Virus record (IMG/VR): IMGVR_UViG_3300022200_000019 | Coordinates: 124,001-188,000 of that record | DNA length: 64,000 nucleotides | Reading direction: 5' to 3' (one strand) | Part shown: positions 8,994 through 16,921 of the stretch, piece by piece | Numbering within the stretch: position 1 is the first letter of the stretch | How the letters are laid out: every line of letters begins with the position of its first letter | The notes under the pieces: model-generated | What the model was told of the DNA's origin: nothing | The model's input: the letters and a program-made list of their open reading frames with translations, nothing else | Database searches by the model: none | Translations under genes and position numbers: made by a program

Positions 8994-9163
8994 TATGTAA
9001 ATGTAGGGATATTAGAGAAGAAGATTACCCTACAGAAGCAGAACTAAAAGAACGCATCATGAAACCCGATTTTAATTGTGGGCAATGTCAGATGCGTTAT
9101 TTGATGGTTGACGAACAACCTAACACCCAGTATAATACAAAAACTCAGAGTACAGCCACTTAA
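8987..9163 (+). CDS. Bfd-like [2Fe-2S] ferredoxin (58 aa)
   Basis: MVVCKCRDIREEDYPTEAELKERIMKPDFNCGQC...: CxC...CGxC; below track length cutoff. Confidence 0.6.
   Translation: MVVCKCRDIREEDYPTEAELKERIMKPDFNCGQCQMRYLMVDEQPNTQYNTKTQSTAT
9108..9136 (+). promoter_or_regulatory. Sigma70-type promoter for ncRNA/tRNA transcript
   Basis: TTGACG-17 bp-TATAAT. Confidence 0.8.
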
Positions 9164-9272
9164 TACATATATGCGGACACTATGTCGACTACTGCTTCCG
9201 CGGGTCAGGTTACGGTTCGAAACGTTTACCGTTGTACTTTAAGTGTCCTGGGCATGACAATAATCTGCCCAT
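9145..9272 (+). ncRNA. Candidate structured (pseudoknotted) ncRNA upstream of tRNA-Trp
   Basis: Pairings 9147-56/9231-40, 9175-81/9242-48, 9249-54/9266-71; family not identified. Confidence 0.45.
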
Positions 9273-9280
9273 ATTATTTT

Positions 9281-9354
9281 GTAGGGATGGTATAATGGCA
9301 TTACGCTGGTCTCCAAAACCAGAGATTGAGGTTCGATCCCTTGTCCCTGCGCCA
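9281..9354 (+). tRNA. tRNA-Trp (CCA)
   Basis: Acceptor GTAGGGA/TCCCTGC, anticodon arm CTGGT-CTCCAAA-ACCAG, T-loop TTCGATC, encoded 3' CCA. Confidence 0.95.
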
Positions 9355-9391
9355 TTATTACTTAAATATAGTAAACAACGAGGTGACCAAA

Positions 9392-9496
9392 ATGAATATG
9401 GTTTGTGCTGTTTTGGACAGCGTAATTTTAGTACTTACTGTAATCACAATGTTTGCTGTTTTAAGAGGGTGGAAAAATGAAAAAGAAGCGCACTAA
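9392..9496 (+). CDS. 34-aa membrane peptide
   Basis: SD GAGGTG, TAAATA at 9363; MNMVCAVLDSVILVLTVITMFAVLRGW... Confidence 0.45.
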   Translation: MNMVCAVLDSVILVLTVITMFAVLRGWKNEKEAH

Positions 9497-9599
9497 AAAT
9501 CCAGTTGCTCGGTTTATGAATGATTTCAACAAGCCTGCAACACACCGAGACCGAACAAAATACTCGCGCAAAGCAAAACACACAAAACCTCTGTTGTAA
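9477..9599 (+). CDS. 40-aa basic protein, possibly ArfA-like
   Basis: MKKKRTKNPVARFMNDFNKPATHRDRTKYSRKAKHTKPLL; not in track. Confidence 0.55.
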   Translation: MKKKRTKNPVARFMNDFNKPATHRDRTKYSRKAKHTKPLL

Positions 9600-9619
9600 T
9601 ATTTTTATTTGTTTATATT

Positions 9620-10618
9620 ATGAGCAATATCTTTTTTGTTCCGTATCATAATAGCGGCGGACATTTTTTAACATGGTCAATGTATTATTTGTGTGGGTAC
9701 GACGAATATTTTTCAAAAGATGAAGACAAATATATATCTTTGCCAGAAATTGATAATACAATTACCCAGACTCGAAAAAATTTCCATATTTTTAAACCAA
9801 CAAAATCAAGAGGTTATAACGACACGTTAAACAAAATTGGAAAGGCGGAGTTTATCTATGCATCGGTAATTAGTGATGAGCTTGCAGCAAAACATCTTAA
9901 TATTGATCTTAACTATCAAGACGATAACCATAAAAAGCAACTAGAAGAATTTAATGCCGAAGATTCTATAAAACTTTTTAATATTTCAAAAGATTACCCG
10001 CTAGTATTTATTGATTATTGTGATTACGATTATCGCAATCAGTTTTATAATAATAGAAATCCACTATCACGATCATCTAAGAGTTATGATTCATTTGAGG
10101 ACGAACTTAAAGAGGTGGAATTGTTTTATTCATCTAAAACTGGTAATTATTTTGATGAAAATATTTGGGATCGTAGAGAAAAATTAGCATTAATGCTTAA
10201 CTACTTATATAAGAAATTTGACTATTATAAACATTTTGATAAAACTCTTCCTCATCTATACTATAATACAGATGATATCTGGAACGGGCTTGATTCAATT
10301 GTATACGAAATAGCAGAATTCTTTAATCAAAAAATTGATTATGATAGATTTACATCCTGGAAAATAATTTATTCGCGTTGGCGAGAGAATCATAAACAAT
10401 ATTTCTCTAGACATTTAAATAGAATTACACGTGCTATCGTTAATAACGAATATCTATCATTAAAACGTTTCGAAATGGATTTTTATAAAGAATGTTTAAT
10501 TCAAAGTTCATTAATTTATGATTACAATTTAAATTTAAAAACATGGGGTTTGGAAAAATTTCCAGAAAATACTCGGGATTTACACTCATTGCTTGAGCCA
10601 AATATACATGTGATTTAA
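9620..10618 (+). CDS. AT-rich hypothetical protein, possibly sulfotransferase-like
   Basis: 332 aa; N-terminal FFVPYHNSGGHFLTW loop; fold call is weak. Confidence 0.6.
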   Translation: MSNIFFVPYHNSGGHFLTWSMYYLCGYDEYFSKDEDKYISLPEIDNTITQTRKNFHIFKPTKSRGYNDTLNKIGKAEFIYASVISDELAAKHLNIDLNYQDDNHKKQLEEFNAEDSIKLFNISKDYPLVFIDYCDYDYRNQFYNNRNPLSRSSKSYDSFEDELKEVELFYSSKTGNYFDENIWDRREKLALMLNYLYKKFDYYKHFDKTLPHLYYNTDDIWNGLDSIVYEIAEFFNQKIDYDRFTSWKIIYSRWRENHKQYFSRHLNRITRAIVNNEYLSLKRFEMDFYKECLIQSSLIYDYNLNLKTWGLEKFPENTRDLHSLLEPNIHVI

Positions 10619-10727
10619 TTTGTTGTTTCTATACCACAATTTATGGTGTAAAATTTGCATTGTAAGTTCTCTCAAATTCTGTTTATAACCCTATAAAAAA
10701 TTGTTGAAAAAAACTCGCAAAATACGG

Positions 10728-10756
10728 TTGACCTTTTTGACTAGATCGGCTACAAT
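10728..10756 (+). promoter_or_regulatory. Sigma70-type early promoter
   Basis: TTGACC-17 bp-TACAAT. Confidence 0.85.
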
Positions 10757-10807
10757 ACTAGTATGAGCTAAGGGAAATAGGTCCCGCTCAATTACAGGAG
10801 AGTCAAA

Positions 10808-10978
10808 ATGACTAAGATGTATAAAGCAAAAATTATGCTTCCAAATGGTGTGCTTACAGAACGTCAAGCACGTGCGCAACATACACTCGAAGCCAAGCAG
10901 ATTTTTGAAACCTATGGTAAAGTTGTAGGCGGACCGTTTGAAGTTATGAACCCGCAAACTAACACTTCGTGGTTCTAA
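10808..10978 (+). CDS. 56-aa hypothetical early protein
   Basis: SD AGGAG, MTKMYKAKIMLPNG...; not in track. Confidence 0.7.
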   Translation: MTKMYKAKIMLPNGVLTERQARAQHTLEAKQIFETYGKVVGGPFEVMNPQTNTSWF

Positions 10979-11054
10979 TAAAATGGAAGTATTGTTTGTA
11001 CTACCGCTTGCATTTATTTTTTATTATGGAAACATTGTATAAGGAGATTTTATT

Positions 11055-11294
11055 GTGAATAAGGAAATTCTAAAAGTTATGGCAACTAACATTTCTAAAT
11101 TTGTTGCAGTTATCGGCAGTTACTTTGCAGTAACGGTTGGCACAGCATTTTTGGCAAACTACCTTTACGGCTGGGGTAAGCAGGAAGTATTCCTGTCTAC
11201 TATTTTGTTGTCAGCAGCAGCAATCGGTGTATGGGCGGCATACGACTACGCTAAGTGGAAAGTGGATTTTGACGCTAAATTTGGTAACAAGTAA
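11055..11294 (+). CDS. Two-TM membrane protein
   Basis: SD AAGGAG; two hydrophobic helices. Confidence 0.7.
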   Translation: MNKEILKVMATNISKFVAVIGSYFAVTVGTAFLANYLYGWGKQEVFLSTILLSAAAIGVWAAYDYAKWKVDFDAKFGNK

Positions 11295-11298
11295 GGAG

Positions 11299-11445
11299 AT
11301 GGGTATGTTTGAAGATGTTCGTAAAGAATTGGAAGAAAGCGTTCAACGTGTTCTGGATAAGTGCGATGCTATTATCGCTAAACTAGACGAAATGGAACGC
11401 ACGGAAATGGAATCAGAAGCACGGGAGGCAGACTACAATGGTTGA
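11299..11445 (+). CDS. Small coiled-coil protein
   Basis: SD AAGGAG, ATG 11299 in frame with track ORF 11137. Confidence 0.65.
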   Translation: MGMFEDVRKELEESVQRVLDKCDAIIAKLDEMERTEMESEAREADYNG

Positions 11446-11608
11446 TATGCAAAAGAATGCAGCAGAACTTCTTCGTTTTATGCAGGATGCACAGCGTTAT
11501 GGCTTGCGCGAAGAAGCAGCAGGGCAATACGCACATCTACAAGCACTAGCACGCGAAATGCGTATTGCACGAGTAGAACAGCGTTATGCTCATGTGGATA
11601 TCTTGTAA
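11438..11608 (+). CDS. 56-aa hypothetical protein
   Basis: SD GGAGG; MVDMQKNAAELLRFMQ...; not in track. Confidence 0.6.
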   Translation: MVDMQKNAAELLRFMQDAQRYGLREEAAGQYAHLQALAREMRIARVEQRYAHVDIL

Positions 11609-11733
11609 TGAAAACTCGTACCAAATGGATTTGGATCCACGTACTAGCAGCAGTACTTTTTATCCCACTGCTGTTTGTTACACTAGGATTGCACATTATT
11701 TCTAACCAAATTGCCGAAAAGCAGGAGGCATAA
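11608..11733 (+). CDS. 41-aa membrane peptide
   Basis: TAATG overlap; MKTRTKWIWIHVLAAVLFIPLLFV... Confidence 0.5.
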   Translation: MKTRTKWIWIHVLAAVLFIPLLFVTLGLHIISNQIAEKQEA

Positions 11734-11734
11734 A

Positions 11735-11980
11735 ATGGATTATGTAAGCGAAGCAACTGATTTTGACACCATTGCATACGGGCTCGAGCGTTATCAAGCA
11801 GATGCACTGGAAACACTATGGTTTGAAGAATTGCGACATTTTGAGGACAGCCCAGCAGAGCTTGTAGATGCAGCAAATGTTCTACTTGCAATATGTGGCA
11901 GTCCAAATCGTGTATCAAATGTCGCGTTTGATGAAGGGGATCGTGCGTATACTTGGCAGATTTCCCGTACACTACACTAA
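11735..11980 (+). CDS. Hypothetical protein
   Basis: SD GGAGG, ATG 11735. Confidence 0.65.
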   Translation: MDYVSEATDFDTIAYGLERYQADALETLWFEELRHFEDSPAELVDAANVLLAICGSPNRVSNVAFDEGDRAYTWQISRTLH

Positions 11981-12009
11981 CTTGTTGTAAAAATACAACA
12001 AAAAAGTGG

Positions 12010-12038
12010 TTGACACTGGTTGAAAAACCGTTTATATT
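12010..12038 (+). promoter_or_regulatory. Sigma70-type promoter with upstream palindrome
   Basis: TTGACA-17 bp-TATATT; TTGTTGTA-AAAA-TACAACAA at 11982-12001. Confidence 0.7.
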
Positions 12039-12071
12039 TTAATTTCCATAAACAAATTGAGGAAGACCAAA

Positions 12072-12347
12072 ATGACTCGTAACAAGACTAAAATGACTCG
12101 TAAGATGCGCACCCATACCATGGAAGACGCGGTCGTAAAAGCAATCATGAAGGGCCGTAAGAGCATTCATCGTTCTGCATTGTTTGCCATTGTAGATTAC
12201 ATGCACGGTCCTATCGAAGGATACGATTTGAATACCAGCATCCTGAATGAAGTAGCTGAAAATGTAAGCGCACTAACTGGACTGAATGTTCGCTATGATG
12301 ATTGCACTGACAAGGGCAATGAAAAGGCCAAGATTACCTGGGCTTGA
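12072..12347 (+). CDS. Hypothetical protein
   Basis: SD GAGG; 21-bp tandem duplication 12063-12104 gives two ATGs. Confidence 0.7.
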   Translation: MTRNKTKMTRKMRTHTMEDAVVKAIMKGRKSIHRSALFAIVDYMHGPIEGYDLNTSILNEVAENVSALTGLNVRYDDCTDKGNEKAKITWA

Positions 12348-12372
12348 CATTTAGATACATCAGCCATATAAT
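12344..12372 (+). promoter_or_regulatory. Sigma70-type promoter
   Basis: TTGACA-17 bp-TATAAT (full consensus). Confidence 0.9.
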
Positions 12373-12425
12373 ATGCACAAGAGTTAGGCAATGGGGCCTA
12401 ACTCGAATTTATCAAGGAGTCTATT

Positions 12426-12683
12426 ATGAAGAAAATGACTAAGACTACGCTCAAGAATAAGTTGAGCAAGGGTATTGCTACAGTAGCCTTCATCAAGAAA
12501 GACGGCACCAAGCGTGTTATGAAGGCAACCCTGGCACCAGAACATTTGCCAGTTGTTGAAGCACGGGCAAACGCAACCCCACGCAAGGAAAACCCAGATG
12601 TACTGGCTGTGTTCGACATGGAAAAGAAGGCATTCCGTTCTTTCCGTATTGACAGTATTCAGTCTTTTGAAATGGATTCCTGA
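12426..12683 (+). CDS. WYL_2/Sm-like SH3 beta-barrel protein
   Basis: VAFIKKDGTKRVMKATL...VFDMEKKAFRSFRIDSI. Confidence 0.8.
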   Translation: MKKMTKTTLKNKLSKGIATVAFIKKDGTKRVMKATLAPEHLPVVEARANATPRKENPDVLAVFDMEKKAFRSFRIDSIQSFEMDS

Positions 12684-13429
12684 TGTCTATTCAGGTTCAT
12701 CACGCAAAAGGTGATACTTCAGGATTCCTGAACGACTTCGCTGAACCAACCATCATCGAAGCCGACCAGGATATCTTGGCATATTTCTTGGCCAATACCG
12801 AGGCACAGAAAGACATTCCTGCTGGGATCCAGTGGAATAACGTGCTCATGAGCAATGACGATGATGTAGTTACACCCAGCGATTATCATCTGTTGTTTGC
12901 GCAGGATATTCGAACATTCTATCGTAATCGTATCATGATGCGCCGACTGAAAGGGCACCAACCTAGCCACTTCCAGAACAAGGTTTATCAGTTTGTGACA
13001 TCTGATAAACCAAATCAAATTGAAGTGGATAATCAGGGTATCATGATTAAACTTCCAGATTTTTATGTGTATGATCGAGCAATGGATCATTTGCATGAAA
13101 ACTATCATACCAAGTTTGAAAGCAATTTTAAACACAAATACAATTCCTTAAACATACTGGTTGAACCAGTAACATACACACTGTCTTTTGTGGAACACAC
13201 ACAGAAAAAAACCAAGAATATCAAAAATCACGAGTATTGGTTTGTTGATTCTGATCAGATTTTGCATAAACTAAGTTTTGATATTGAAAATCCACTGAAA
13301 CACTTGTTTGTAAAACATTTGAAATCTTCTAACGGTGTTTTGGATATTGCTGCCTGTCGTGTTCATGCATCAGTACCAGGATATGAAGATTTCGATTATC
13401 TGGAAATGGAACACTGGGAAATTCAGTAG
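12683..13429 (+). CDS. Hypothetical protein
   Basis: 248 aa, coupled start. Confidence 0.75.
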   Translation: MSIQVHHAKGDTSGFLNDFAEPTIIEADQDILAYFLANTEAQKDIPAGIQWNNVLMSNDDDVVTPSDYHLLFAQDIRTFYRNRIMMRRLKGHQPSHFQNKVYQFVTSDKPNQIEVDNQGIMIKLPDFYVYDRAMDHLHENYHTKFESNFKHKYNSLNILVEPVTYTLSFVEHTQKKTKNIKNHEYWFVDSDQILHKLSFDIENPLKHLFVKHLKSSNGVLDIAACRVHASVPGYEDFDYLEMEHWEIQ

Positions 13430-13442
13430 CTAAATAACCTGC

Positions 13443-13688
13443 ATGTTCTATAACGATCAACTTGAAACCATTATCCACGAATCAATTATTCGTGTTATGG
13501 GTGTACTATACGAAAGTCGTATTGTAGAAGGTGCCAACATGGGTGCCATGATGCGATTGTTTAATGTTGGTGAGGAAGTATGTTCTAAATATGACGACAT
13601 GCTCGTTGCATTTGACAATGACTTTTTTAATGATTACGAAAGTATCACTGGTATTGATCTGCGAGTAGCAGACCAAACGGTACACTAA
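13443..13688 (+). CDS. Hypothetical protein
   Basis: TAAATA 6 nt upstream. Confidence 0.7.
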   Translation: MFYNDQLETIIHESIIRVMGVLYESRIVEGANMGAMMRLFNVGEEVCSKYDDMLVAFDNDFFNDYESITGIDLRVADQTVH

Positions 13689-13969
13689 TGGAACGAGCAG
13701 TACACTTTTTAAAACGAAGTTATCACAGTGATCGCACGGCGTTTTACTTTGAAATGCTTTCGTTTATTTTCACAGTAGGCGCCAGTTTCAGTTTGGCATT
13801 CACTGCATCTGATCCTGATATGAGATACATCTACCCAGGGTTTTTTATTGGTAGTCTGTTTGGAATTTATGGCTATTATCGTAGAGAACTTGCATGGCCC
13901 ATGCTGTTAACTGCATACTTTGCATTTGTGAATGTATTTGGGTTTGGCGTGGCTATGCTGTGGTGGTAG
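13688..13969 (+). CDS. Small 3-TM membrane protein
   Basis: Three hydrophobic helices. Confidence 0.7.
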   Translation: MERAVHFLKRSYHSDRTAFYFEMLSFIFTVGASFSLAFTASDPDMRYIYPGFFIGSLFGIYGYYRRELAWPMLLTAYFAFVNVFGFGVAMLWW

Positions 13970-13970
13970 T

Positions 13971-15200
13971 ATGAACGGACAATATAATATCTGGAATAAA
14001 TGGGATCCTCTCAAAACAGTAATGTTAGGAGATTGTTATTCTGCTGAATTTTTTAGAGACATTAAAAACGCCCGTATACGTTCGTTGCTGATGCAGATTG
14101 CAGATGAAACACAAGAAGATTTAGCATATTATGAATCTGTTCTTAAAGATTTCGGCTGTAATGTTTTACGACCGAAACTTGATTTAAATGATAGTATTTT
14201 AAACTATGCAGATGTTAATGGAAAAGTAGCAGGATCTCAAGGAATACCTAGATCACCGTTGCAAACAAGAGATCATCAATTAGTAATCGGTAATAATTTA
14301 CTCTACACAGGGCAGGATCATAAAAGTATAAAAATATCACTTGACGAATATAACAAAAATTATGATCGTATTGTGGGGCTAATGACAGAACACGTTTTTG
14401 AAGGATACAGAGGTTCAATAGAAAGCGCACCGGATTGGCCTTCGTACGATGATTATGTACAATCGTATATTAATAATAGTGATATTAGTAATATTGATGC
14501 CATTAATCAAGAGTTCAAAGAAATACACGAAGACCAGAAAAATAATAATATACATTTTCCTGTTGAAGCACCATCTATTACAGTTGTTGGAAAAGATATC
14601 TATATTGATAGCCGTGATGTTAAATCTGAATTGTTTAATTATTATCTAACTAAATTAAAAATTCAGTATCCAAACTTTAGGGTGAATGTATTAACCATTG
14701 GCGGTCACAATGATGGGTGTTTTCATACTATTAAAGAAGGCGCAATTTTAAGTTTACAAGAAATTCAAACTTATGAAGACAGTTTTCCGGGCTGGGATGT
14801 TTGTTATCTTCCCGATCAAAGCTGGAGCAAGGTTACTGGATTTTTAAAAATAAAGGCTCAAGTTTACGGTAAATGGTGGGTACCTGGACAAGAAGATAAT
14901 GATGAATTTACACATTTTGTCGAAACCTGGCTCAATGACTGGGTAGGTTATGTTGAAGAAACTGTGTTTGACGTGAACGTATTAGTTTTAGATGAACATC
15001 ATGTGTGTGTAAATAACATGAATCCAACTGTTATTGAATTTCTTAAAAAACACAAAATGGAACCGGTTCATGTTCCCTGGAGACATCGATATTTCTGGGA
15101 TGGTGGTCTCCATTGTATTACACTTGATTTGTACAGAGATGGTGCACAACAAGATTATTTTCCAGAAAGAAAAACATCTATTTTTGATAAAGGATATTAA
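13971..15200 (+). CDS. Amidinotransferase (glycine/inosamine-phosphate amidinotransferase family)
   Basis: WDPLKTVMLG, HNDG, DGGLHCITLD catalytic-Cys motif; ATG 13971. Confidence 0.85.
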   Translation: MNGQYNIWNKWDPLKTVMLGDCYSAEFFRDIKNARIRSLLMQIADETQEDLAYYESVLKDFGCNVLRPKLDLNDSILNYADVNGKVAGSQGIPRSPLQTRDHQLVIGNNLLYTGQDHKSIKISLDEYNKNYDRIVGLMTEHVFEGYRGSIESAPDWPSYDDYVQSYINNSDISNIDAINQEFKEIHEDQKNNNIHFPVEAPSITVVGKDIYIDSRDVKSELFNYYLTKLKIQYPNFRVNVLTIGGHNDGCFHTIKEGAILSLQEIQTYEDSFPGWDVCYLPDQSWSKVTGFLKIKAQVYGKWWVPGQEDNDEFTHFVETWLNDWVGYVEETVFDVNVLVLDEHHVCVNNMNPTVIEFLKKHKMEPVHVPWRHRYFWDGGLHCITLDLYRDGAQQDYFPERKTSIFDKGY

Positions 15201-15201
15201 G

Positions 15202-15384
15202 ATGACAGCGACAACTCACGAAGAAATCGTTGCAGCGTATGAAACATACATTGCAGAAAACGAAAAGTTTGCAGACAAGAAAGTCAAGGCAGCAGCAGCT
15301 CGTGCTCGCAAGGCACTAATGGAAATTACCAAGCTCGCCAAGACTCGTCGTGCAGAAATCACTGCCGAAAAAGACGCAATGTAA
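15202..15384 (+). CDS. Histone H1/Hc1-like small basic protein
   Basis: ...ENEKFADKKVKAAAARARKALMEITKLAKTRRAEI; ATG 15202. Confidence 0.65.
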   Translation: MTATTHEEIVAAYETYIAENEKFADKKVKAAAARARKALMEITKLAKTRRAEITAEKDAM

Positions 15385-15385
15385 C

Positions 15386-15556
15386 ATGGCTCGTTATACT
15401 CTACCCGTGGTCGAAGACCCAGATACCGGCGAACTTATGCTAGAATTCACTGAAGAAGTTCTGCAAGAGCTTGATTGGGGGTTGGGAACTGTGTTACAAT
15501 GGACCGACAACGAAGATGGTACTTGGACACTGGCTAAAAAGGTAGATGACGAATGA
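15386..15556 (+). CDS. AbrB/MazE-like small DNA-binding protein
   Basis: VVEDPDTGELMLEFTEEVLQELDWGLGTVLQW pattern. Confidence 0.6.
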   Translation: MARYTLPVVEDPDTGELMLEFTEEVLQELDWGLGTVLQWTDNEDGTWTLAKKVDDE

Positions 15557-15987
15557 CCATGCATCTTGTTAGAGGCATGACGACTACTCGTGTCGCCAAG
15601 AGTAAACGCAAAATTACTCGAGTCGACCACGAGCGGTATGTCGAATCTCATCGAGAATACAACAAGCGTTTAAAACAACAACACAGACACGCTGAACGTC
15701 TAACGCTTGACCAATACATCGATTACGTACACGGCAAAAGCCCTGTGCGTGCTAAACAGATAAGTAAACATTACACACACGCAGAATATCAACCTAAAGA
15801 AGAACGTTATCAGCGTTCTGTACCAAATATTCCAAGTGTAGATTTACGTGGAAATTTTGTTACTAAAACAGAGCCCATGAAATACACAGGAACATTAGTT
15901 AAAGGAATTGCAACGATGCATAAATCCAATGCTGTTCCGGTAATTGATGATCAGCATGCAAAAGATATTTCTAAGATGCGTAGATAA
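15553..15987 (+). CDS. Conserved T4-like-phage hypothetical protein
   Basis: C-terminal YTGTLVKGIATMHKSNAVPV...KDISKMRR. Confidence 0.75.
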   Translation: MTMHLVRGMTTTRVAKSKRKITRVDHERYVESHREYNKRLKQQHRHAERLTLDQYIDYVHGKSPVRAKQISKHYTHAEYQPKEERYQRSVPNIPSVDLRGNFVTKTEPMKYTGTLVKGIATMHKSNAVPVIDDQHAKDISKMRR

Positions 15988-15990
15988 TAT

Positions 15991-16209
15991 ATGGCAAAAG
16001 ACGATAACATTACATTAACAGGTACAGTAGTAGAAGTACTACCAGGCGCAACAGTTCGCGTTCGCTTACATGAAGCACAAAAAGAAATTATTGGTTATAT
16101 CAGCGGACGTATGCGCAAGAATAACATCAAAGTTTTAATGGGCGATGATGTAGAAATTGAAGTTAGCCCATACGATTTATCTAAAGGACGTATCACACGT
16201 CGTAAATAA
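15991..16209 (+). CDS. infA: Translation initiation factor IF-1
   Basis: MAKDDNITLTGTVVEVLPG...ISGRMRKNNIKVLMGDDVEIEVSPYDLSKGRITRR. Confidence 0.95.
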   Translation: MAKDDNITLTGTVVEVLPGATVRVRLHEAQKEIIGYISGRMRKNNIKVLMGDDVEIEVSPYDLSKGRITRRK

Positions 16210-16243
16210 ATACTTAACACTCTTTTGAAACGGAGGGTTAAGT

Positions 16244-16498
16244 ATGACATTAGACCAAACAGCAATGAAACAAATCGTGTCTGAGTGCAAAGCTCAGAAT
16301 AAAAAACCTTGCTTGCGTATAAAACTAAGCAACAATGTTGTAGAGTTCCACTACGACAGTTGTTCAGATATGCATTATGGTGGTTGCTTTGCTTACACAA
16401 CAAATGGTGTAACTGTAAGTGCTCCTGCTGATTGCGAACATTTAGTTACTGGTCGCACACTCTATTATAACACTGATCAAGGATTTCAATTGCTATAA
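16244..16498 (+). CDS. Possible degenerate HesB/IscA-like protein
   Basis: N-terminus resembles IscA (TLDQTAMKQI...CLRIKL); lacks C-terminal CGCG. Confidence 0.35.
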   Translation: MTLDQTAMKQIVSECKAQNKKPCLRIKLSNNVVEFHYDSCSDMHYGGCFAYTTNGVTVSAPADCEHLVTGRTLYYNTDQGFQLL

Positions 16499-16521
16499 TG
16501 CATAAATATGTGAAAACATAA

Positions 16522-16917
<396 letters not shown>

Positions 16918-16921
16918 ACAT

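Noticed and set aside
9145-9272. tmRNA or HDV-like/theta ribozyme identity for the candidate ncRNA
   Set aside because: No tRNA-Ala-like ends or tag frame; the distance between crossing helices is too long for the HDV fold, and it lies 5' rather than 3' of the tRNA.
9232-9480. Track ORF of 82 aa
   Set aside because: TTG start, reads through the tRNA-Trp and candidate ncRNA; better explained by the RNA genes and two small ORFs.
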